Shown: one piece after another, positions 56,336 through 64,000 of the stretch
Layout of the letters: every line of letters begins with the position of its first letter
Position numbering within the stretch: the stretch's first letter is position 1
From: Eledone cirrhosa
Taxonomy: Eukaryota
DNA length: 64,000 nt
Assembly (NCBI GenBank): GCA_964016885.1
Contig: OZ024745.1
Location: 7,006,001 to 7,070,000, forward strand
Reading direction: 5' to 3'
Program-made: the position numbers and the translations under genes
The notes under the pieces: model-generated
The model's input: the letters and a program-made list of their open reading frames with translations, nothing else
Told to the model about the DNA's origin: nothing
Database searches by the model: none

Positions 56336-58532
56336 TCATGGTAGCCTATTCAGATCACAAATTAGTGACCTGCTTAGACAACCTTGACAAAACCCATAGA
56401 CAGGGACCCGGCTACTGGAAGCTGAACTTGTCGTTACCGACATGCAAAGCCTACAGTAGACGGATTAGCACTTTAGTTAAGCAGCACTTGACAGGGGCCA
56501 TTGTCAACAACAGATGGTGGTACTCTCTCAAGAGGGCAGTTAGATTAGACTCGATAGGTTTTAGTAAAGAATTAGTGTTAGATAGAAATAAGACCGAAAA
56601 GGAACTGGTAGATAAAGTAGAAGAGGGAATTAGGAGTGGCAACGTAGCCAGCGTGCTAGCGACGAGAACGGCCTTGGACCAGTTCTTCGACGCAAAGCGT
56701 GAAGGCTGCGTTGTCAGGAGCAAAATACGTGCTCTGAGAAACGAAGGAGCCAAAGCTGTTAGCTGGGCCCGAGTGACGGGGGCGTATAGTGGCAACAAAT
56801 CCACGATTCGGTCTTTGAAGGACCAAGACGGACGCGTGATACGTGAGCCGAAGCAGATGTGCGCGGCCTTTCAGCGGCACTTCGCTCAACTGTTCGGGCT
56901 ATGGATTTCGGTCCATACCTCGACGGCCTACTGCGACTCTCGGACAGCGATGCGAAGTTCTGCGAAAGGCCGATTTCGGCCGCTGAGATAGGGGACGCAC
57001 TGAGCCAATACGGCAAACGCAAATCTCCAGGTCTCGACGGTCTACCCTACGAATTTTATGTAGCAATGTCGGACTTGTTCTCTGGTCTCCTGGAAGGGTC
57101 AAGTTGAACGGCTACCTCTCGGAGCCGTTCCATATCACGCGATCCATCCGACAGGGATGCCCTCTCTCCTCCCTTCTGTACGTACTGACTCTCGAGCCAC
57201 TACTGCGGAAGTTGGAGCTATTGCAGGGCATCCCTTTGGGACCGGGACTGCGAAAAGCGGCGTTGGCCTACGCCGACGACGTGACAGTAATGGTGTCGAG
57301 CACCTCGCAAATCGGGGAGGTCGGCACCTTACTGGAGCAATACGAAAGGTTCACAGGAGCTAAGCTGAACCGGGACAAATCCGTCGGTTTGCAACTCGGA
57401 ACTTGGAGAGGCAAACCGATGTCTTCCGATGGTGTAGTCGGACGCTTGACGGAAGGACCGGTAAAGCTGATCGGGGTCTGGTTTGGTCCGGACCTCCAGG
57501 TGGAGAAGAACTGGAACGAGATGACGGCCAAGGTGTTTGCGCTCACCCAGAAGTGGGCCGAGTGCAAACTATCCTTGAAAGGTCGAGCGGAGGTGGCGAA
57601 CACTTTTATAGCGTCCGTCATCTACTACCGCTTGACCGTCGTTCCTTGTCCAGCCAACACCCTTCAAACGGAGGGCTGGGGTTGCTGTGGCTGACGATAC
57701 GTAAACACGCGCTCAGGCTGCGCCACCTTCACGTATTCCTCACCAGACAACCGGTGTGGGCCCTGTTCGTGAGGCGAGCCTTCCCACGACTCGTCACGCT
57801 GACCGAGCTGCAATCCTAGTTTAAGCAAAGACCGAGGAAAATGGGCGACTGGCACATCGAATGTGCTCAGGCACTCACAGTCCTCTGGCAAACGGACCCG
57901 GCGATCAGTGGAGACTCCACTTCGACATTCTCTAGAGGGTTGGTCCGCAGAAAGTGCGACGACACACTCGGAGAAACTCTAGGAGTAGAGGAGGACGAAC
58001 TGGCCAGTCTGTTCGGTAGGACCTTCCGCCCGGGACCAATGGACAACTTCCAAAAGTCCCTGGCCTGGTAGTGCTACCGAGGAGCTCTACCAGTTCGAGA
58101 CAAGCTCTACAGACACAGGCGCCCGGGTAGGGACCCTTCGTAAAAGATCTGTCCGAGATGCGTGCGCGACGAGGAAACCGTCGCGCACGCATTTGTACAC
58201 TGCCCAGGCGTTACCGACCTGTGGGGCTATGTAGAACGATTATTGTCGCGGGTGGGACCAATCCAGTTGACCACCGAGTCCATTGTCATGATCAAACCGC
58301 CACCCTCCTTCAAAAACGAGGGAGAGGCGGTTTTCCTATATGTTATGGCTATGGTGAAAGAGGTTATATGGTTCTCTCCGGCGAGCAACTGATTCGTTTT
58401 TTCAAATATCATTTTGGAAGAAGAATCAGGGTGGAGAGAGAGGTGCTGTACCCCAGCAAATTTTATAAAAGGTGTGTGAATGTGGCAAAGATGGCCCGAG
58501 TGGTTGGGCCTTCTCTCTATATAAGCCTGTAG
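56336..58532 (+). pseudogene. Disrupted LINE ORF2 (endonuclease end, reverse transcriptase, zinc knuckle)
   Basis: Pieces lie in different frames (56278-56991, 56859-57107, 57104-57694, 57841-58071, 58162-58392, 58158-58532). RT subdomains 1-3 are missing at ~57090. Confidence 0.88.
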
Positions 58533-58764
58533 GTTGAGGAAAAAGAGGAAGAGAGGAAGGGAGTACTCACTCTTGGTGCTCCTGGAGATGAGGGTTGTAC
58601 ATTTTTTCGGAGTGTGTACAACCCCTGTGTAATGCCTCCCCCCTATTGGGGATTTCAATTGTTATTTGTTATTTTATTAATAGTTTTATTTTCATATACC
58701 TGTATGTAAACTCCCCATTTGTATTTGTCCCCTTCTTTTGTGCCCTTGTGGCTAATAAAGAAAT
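56336..58764 (+). mobile_element. 5'-truncated, internally deleted Tx1/L1-group LINE inserted in (TCTA)n
   Basis: End of APE endonuclease (SDH...GPGYWKLN), KSPGLDGLPYEFY, RQGCPLS, YADD, C-terminal CPRC...ETVAHAFVHC, 3' UTR with AATAAA at 58754-58759 and a (TATC)n tail. The 5' flank is also TCTATCTATCTA. Confidence 0.92.
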
Positions 58765-58796
<32 letters not shown>

Positions 58797-58820
58797 TAAT
58801 CTATTAATCTATTAATCTAT

Positions 58821-58990
58821 TTTATAACAAAATCCTCTATTGAGGGTTTTGTTATAATTCTATTTTTTGTTATATTTTATTTTTTTTATATATTGTTATT
58901 GCCTCCTCCCTATTGAGGACGCCTTGTTTTGTAAACTCCCCCCATTGTACTTGTCCCACTTTTGATGCCCTGGTGGCAAATAAAAGAAAC
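58821..58990 (+). mobile_element. Second, very short 3'-UTR-only copy of a related Tx1 LINE
   Basis: GCCTCCTCCCTATTG...TGTAAACTCCCC...TTGTCCC...TGCCCTGGTGGCAAATAAAAGAAA parallels the first element's 3' UTR and is followed by TATCTATCTAT. Confidence 0.75.
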
Positions 58991-59487
58991 ATATCTATCT
59001 ATTAATCTATATATCTATGTATGCTGTCTAAGTTTGGAATTTCTTGATAGATATTGCGAAGCTTCATTGGAATTTAAAGGTAGATTCTTGAACTACAATG
59101 GTACATCTTCTTGTCCCTCTCCCCCGGACATCATTGTAACCTTAGTGACATGAGGAATGAGCTTCTTAACAATCTTCTCCCATTAGGAATCCTATGAACG
59201 AACATGGTTAGTTCAATGGAGATTCTAGAGAAATTTATGTTTTACTGTTGGTTCTTTGATTTCTGCGAGGAACTTAGTTGTATTAGTGGTTCTTACCAGA
59301 TAAAACTACAGTCGTCAGTGGCAATCAAGTACGACTTGGTAGTATGTAGCATGTTTTAGCTAAGTGTTTTAGGCGCCCATGTAATTCGCAAGCAGACACA
59401 GATATTCTTACGACTCTCCCTTCCTCTCTTAATCCAGCAGAATATTTTGGATGTGTTAACAGGAAGGAAGGAGGATTGCATCAACAC

Positions 59488-59613
59488 TTTATTGGTACTT
59501 TCTTTGTCTTCATCTCTTCGGGGTCGATAAAGTGGACCACGGCAAGATTTGAATTCATAAGTCAGAAATAGAGAACAAACATCTTACTCTCTGACGACTC
59601 TACCAAATCGACC
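59488..59613 (-). mobile_element. Old SINE copy with an internal micro-inversion
   Basis: Antisense SINE motifs (ATTGGTACTTT, GACCACGGCAAGATTTGAATTCA, GACGACTCTACC) flank a sense-oriented core CTTTGTCTTCATCTCTTCGGGGTCGATAAA. Confidence 0.6.
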
Positions 59614-59739
59614 GTCTTAGTTCTTACTAAATACCTGTTACCAAATCTATGTTGGTGGCACTAACATCGTTCTTTGAAGCTAATAGTGTTGTTTTAGGCA
59701 CTCCCCTGTGACTCTGGTAGATTTCAGGAATGTTTCAGG

Positions 59740-60372
59740 AGTACATTTCTTTTAATTCGCCAATAGATGATATTCTTATATTCCGCCTTCCCATGGTAAT
59801 TCTTCCTTGCGCATTCAGTTTTATTTTACCATTATTGAGTTGCCGTAAATGGTTTTGAAAATTGTTCGGATAATTGATCTCGATGTTAATGGATAAGTTT
59901 AATGCATTTCTCCAAAGATATGACTTTTAAGTTCGCCTTAAGCACATCTGTTCGTCTGTATCTTAGATTAACAAACAATGATTGTTTGAACATCTCCAGC
60001 TAAAAATAAAGTGATTTCTTAAATTATTCCTTTGTTTGTGTCCCCGAATATCTTGCAATGTTCAGAGGTTGTAATGTTGTTTTATGAGACATTCAACCCT
60101 AAAACCCATCCTGGGCTGTGTTATAACTTCTACTACCGTAGTTCTTACACTGATATTCTTTGTAGCATTTTCATTTCCATCAAATTGAAAGAAGTCTTCA
60201 ATGCCGCATGTCATGTCTCTAAATAGAATACTTACTGAAATCCTAGGATTAAGTGCCAGTGCAATTTGGTGAGAGATGTTTTCCCTCTTCCTCCAACTGC
60301 AACAAGTAAAAACAATCCATCTTTTAGGAATTGAACATCGTCACTGATTATTATGAGGTCTGTCGTAAAAGT
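59740..60372 (-). mobile_element. Possible highly decayed RTE-like LINE fragment
   Basis: Broken minus-strand translations such as TDLIIISDDVQFL and MEMKMLQRI weakly resemble RTE RT and C-terminal motifs. Confidence 0.3.
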
Positions 60373-60600
60373 AACCGACTAAAATGTTATCCCGTGGGAT
60401 GTAATGGCGTTAGGGAGACAAACGTATGCAGAGTAGAGCAGCACACATTCCTGCGCATGCGTGGCTTTTTGGTGAGCTAAGCAGCCATTGTGTGAGGTGC
60501 TGAACTACTTACAGTTTCATTTCGCTGGTGATGATGGGCGATGTGCAACAACTATCTTGTGTTACGTTTTGTCAAAAGCATGAAAATACCCAAACAGAAA

Positions 60601-60895
60601 CATGTCGCTACTTCTCCGAATTGGGAGATCACAGCTCCAATACTATGGACATGTTAGAATGTCTCAGGAAAGAATTTATGGACAGATTTTACGGGCAAAA
60701 CTAACCGGAGACCCAGGGGTAGACCCCGAGCAATATAGTTGGATAACATCCATGGAGTTGGTTGGTCTCACTTGGGGATCCAGCCGGATCAACTGGATCT
60801 GGTTGCTTCTGACAGGACCCGCTGGAAGGAGTGTTTGAGGACTCAGCTCCCACAAGCCTCACAGGAATAAGTGGGAGAAGAAGAAGAAAAAAGAA
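60601..60895 (+). mobile_element. 3' fragment of an RTE-clade (Expander/Rex3-like) LINE with a (GAA)n tail
   Basis: SLLLRIGRSQLQYYGHVRM...KLTG, then in a shifted frame RPRGRPRA...WSHLGIQPDQLDLVASDRTRW, ending GAGAAGAAGAAGAA. Confidence 0.8.
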
Positions 60896-61374
60896 GGGAT
60901 ACCTTTTGATTTTATAAAATTAACTAATAAATCCGGTCGGCTCTGTAGAGACTGGAAGGAGTTCTTCCCCTTTATCCAAGAGATGACAGTTTTGACCCTG
61001 GCGTCCTAAGTTTCTTCATGTGGATATCTTCGACTTCCTTGGAATTATTAGTATGTATTCCAATGAGAGAGAGAGAGAGAGCTAACCAAATGACTCCGAT
61101 CGGGAATATCTAGATTGAAATTGATCGTAGCATGAAAAATCAGATATCTGTGAATGTCAACAATTTGTTCAATGGGTCCCTGATTTATCGATATCAATGT
61201 CATCGATTAAAAAGAAAACAAAACGATATCCCACTGGATATTGATCTATGAATAGATTTTTGAAACCATTGTTTGTGTCAATGTTTTTGTTTTCATAAAT
61301 ATTGTGATTTGAATTGTATTCACAATATGAAAACTAAAACATGAAATATAAGATATTAGTTAGTATTTTTGTGG

Positions 61375-61449
61375 GGTCGATAAAATAAAGTACCAGTAAT
61401 ACACTGGGATAATTGCTGTCCTTGTGCCAAAAGTAGAAACAATTATTTA
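61375..61449 (+). mobile_element. 5'-truncated SINE with a 14-bp target-site duplication
   Basis: SINE 3' half GGTCGATAAAATAAAGTACCAG...AAGTAGAAACAATTATT flanked by TAGTATTTTTGTGG at 61361-61374 and 61450-61463. Confidence 0.9.
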
Positions 61450-61749
61450 TAGTATTTTTGTGGATTACACCATGTAACATATTTTTTGTTCCCCGGTTCT
61501 AAGTGTTATTTCATGGTTTGTTATATCCCATTATTATTAAAAAAACACTATTATTTAATCAGAAGTTTGGGTTTGTGGTCAGGAGTTTGATATTTCGAAA
61601 TTTTCATATTTTTCAAGAAAAAACACATTTTTTTTTAATTTATCAGTTCATATAATTAAATCAACAGAGTATATATTAATTTTATTACACAAGCTTATCA
61701 AAAGCAAACAAGTAAAAACAAATAACATTTATAAAGCAACTTATACATG

Positions 61750-62992
61750 TCAGAAATGACTGGATTTCCTGGATTTGCGGTTGTAGTCCAGGTCGCATTC
61801 CCGCACTAGCACCCAGATATAGTCCCCCATCATTTTTTCATTGTAGTGGCCATGGTACCTCCATTCTATCTCTTTCACATCTTGGTGGAATCGTTCGCCT
61901 TGTTCTTCTGAGTAGGCACCCATATTGTCCTTGAATTTTTCCAGGTGAGCGTCCAGCATATAGAGTTTAAGCGACATCCTGGATCCCATGGCGCCAAAAG
62001 CCTTTATCAGATCCTGCACCAGTTGCTGGTAGTTTTCAGCTCTGTAGTTGTCCAGGAAGCCCTTAACAACTGCCTTGAAACAGTTCCAAGCTGTTCTCTC
62101 AATCCTATTGAGCTTATTGGAGAACTCGGTAGACTCAAACACCTTCTTTATCTGAGGTCAAACAAAAATTCCACCTTTGATTTTGGCCTCAGATAATTTG
62201 GGGAAGAACTCAAGAAGGTACTTCAAAGCGGCTGATTCTTGGTTGAGAGCCTTCACAAACTGCTTCATCAACCCCAACTTAATGTGCAGTGGCGGCATGA
62301 GCACAATCCTGGGATCAACCAGTGGCTCCCACATGACGTTCCGGGTCCCAACTACAAATTCTGTTCGTTGCTCCCAGTTCTTTCCTTTGTAGTGGTCAGA
62401 GGTGGCTCTGCTGTCCCAAAGGCAGAGAAAGCATTGGAATTTGATAAAGCCTCCTTGGAGTCCAAGCAGGAAAGCTACCATCTTGAAGTCTCCAATGATT
62501 TCCCAATTGTACTAGTTGTATTGCAGAGCTTCCAAGAGGACTTTCACACTGTAGTAATCTTCCTTCAGGCAGACTGAATGAGCTAGGGGCAGTGTCGGGA
62601 ACTTGTTTCCATTGTGGAGGAGGACAGCCTTCAAACTTGTGGTGGAGTTGTCTATAAATAGCCGCCACTCCTTGGGCACAAACGGCACCCCCAATAACGT
62701 CAAACAGTCCAGGCACGTCATGGCAGAAGCAGAGGCCATCCCTAAGAGTGTAAAAGCCTGAGAAAGGTTCGTGTCGACTTCTCTGACTTGTCACCTGCAC
62801 ATCTCTCCTTTACCAAGTTCCACTGCTTCATCCTGGATACGAATAGCTCTGCATTGGACTTGGTCAGACCCATATCCCTGGCCAAGTCATTGACTTCTTT
62901 TTGGTTTGGGAAGTGAGGAACTTTTTCTGGTACCTCAGGCAGGTAATCCAAGTCTTCAGCATCCATCTCCTCCTCATTATCAGAATACTTGT
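61750..62992 (-). pseudogene. Chapaev-like transposase pseudogene (N-terminus missing)
   Basis: WRLFIDNSTTSLKAVLLHNGN, LGLQGGFIKFQCFLCLWDSRA, PPLHIKLGLMKQFVKAL, FPKLSEAKIKGGIFV, SEEQGERFHQD, MMGDYIW. In-frame stops at ~62158 and ~62512 plus frameshifts. Confidence 0.85.
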
Positions 62993-63040
62993 CTTGGAAA
63001 ATAAATTTGATATGCAATACAAAATAAATATTGGAAAAGG

Positions 63041-63100
63041 AAATACATATTTAAATAATACTAATGAAAATACATATTTAAATAATACTAATGAAAATAC
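63041..63100. repeat. 27-bp tandem duplication, ~2.2 copies
   Basis: AAATACATATTTAAATAATACTAATGA twice, plus a partial copy. Confidence 0.85.
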
Positions 63101-63402
63101 GTGCTTAAAACAGAACTTACCCTTTATTCAGGGTGCGAAAATCCAGTATCAATAAATCTCTTTAATCCACTTTTTAACAATGTTATACTTTATTGCACTT
63201 TTATATTTTTCTTTAGGTATTACTCTTTATTTTATAATTTTAATTTAACCTGAAACATATATAAAAAAAACTCATTTAACATAAGCAAATTAAACTTACA
63301 TACAACGTAAAATCAGGCATACAAATAATTCTAGTGAATAGCTCAGAACTTTTACAAACCCAAACTTTTAACTGTTTAATAGCACTTTTTTATTTATTTT
63401 AT

Positions 63403-63907
63403 GTATTACATGGAGATCAACCAGGGTGGGGTGTCCTCCAGCAGTAGTGAGAAGGTCCTGGGTTGTATTAGATGGAGATCAACCAGGGTGGGGTGTCCTC
63501 CAGCAGTAGTGAGAAGGTCCTGGGTTGTATTAGATGGAGATCAACCAGGGTGGGGTGTCCTCCAGCAGTAGTGAGAAGGTCCTGAGTTGTATTATATGGA
63601 GATCAACCAGGGTGGGGTGTCCTCCAGCAGTAGTGAGAAGGTCCTGGGTTGTATTAGATGGAGATCAACCAGGGTGGGGTGTCCTCCAGCAGTAGTGAGA
63701 AGGTCCTGGGTTGTATTAGATGGAGATCAACCAGGGTGGGGTGTCCTCCAGCAGTAGTGAGAAGGTCCTGGGTTGTATTAGATGGAGATCAACCAGGGTG
63801 GGGTGTCCTCCAGCAGTAGTGAGAAGGTCCTGGGTTGTATTACATGGAGATCAACCAGGGTGGGGTGTCCTCCAGCAGTAGTGAGAAGGTCCTGGGTTGT
63901 ATTACAT
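63403..63907. repeat. 62-bp minisatellite, 8.1 copies
   Basis: GTATTA(C/G/T)ATGGAGATCAACCAGGGTGGGGTGTCCTCCAGCAGTAGTGAGAAGGTCCTGGGTT, near-identical with no spacers. Confidence 0.97.
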
Positions 63908-64000
63908 ATGTCATCATACACACACACACACATCTATTCCTGTCTTTTTACCTCCTTTTTCTCCTTTTCTCATACACACACATGCTCTCACTCTCTCTCT

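Larger units (their letters stand above)
61468..63400 (-). mobile_element. Decayed Chapaev3-like (CMC) DNA transposon
   Basis: Terminus TTA|CACCATGTAAC at 61468, a transposase remnant inside, and subterminal inverted motifs AGAAGTTTGGGTTTGT (61561-61576) and ACAAACCCAAACTTTT (63355-63370). The far terminus is unresolved. Confidence 0.7.

Noticed and set aside
59250-59322. Minus-strand CTGACGA...GAAA
   Set aside because: There is no consistent stem II, stem III or stem I closure.
63403-63907. CRISPR array or coding repeat
   Set aside because: The units are contiguous with no spacers, and 62 bp is not a multiple of 3.

Overview
Eukaryotic, repeat-dominated genomic DNA with no intact host gene. 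The SINE family resembles Octopus tRNA-derived SINEs as I recall them, so an octopod cephalopod is my inference. Bases 1-45.4k are one AT-rich satellite built from 19/21-bp monomers (TATTG-TATAG-TATATATAG and variants). It has kb-scale higher-order repeats marked by four copies of a 58-bp island and five copies of a 186-bp SINE. All the Y/I-rich ORFs there are artefacts. Bases 45.4-64k are a mosaic of microsatellites and transposon remnants: a 5'-truncated Penelope-like element with a GIY-YIG remnant, a Tx1/L1-type LINE in a (TCTA)n tract, RTE fragments, several SINEs, a decayed Chapaev3-like DNA transposon and a 62-bp minisatellite. The standout signal is about ten type I hammerhead ribozyme motifs within 47.4-55.8 kb, mostly beside (TA)n tracts. 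One is an 800-bp non-coding element with 206-bp direct repeats, each carrying a U3-A8 compensated hammerhead, so it is a retrozyme-like unit with a predicted 594-nt monomer RNA. All structures were folded by eye and no database searches were run.
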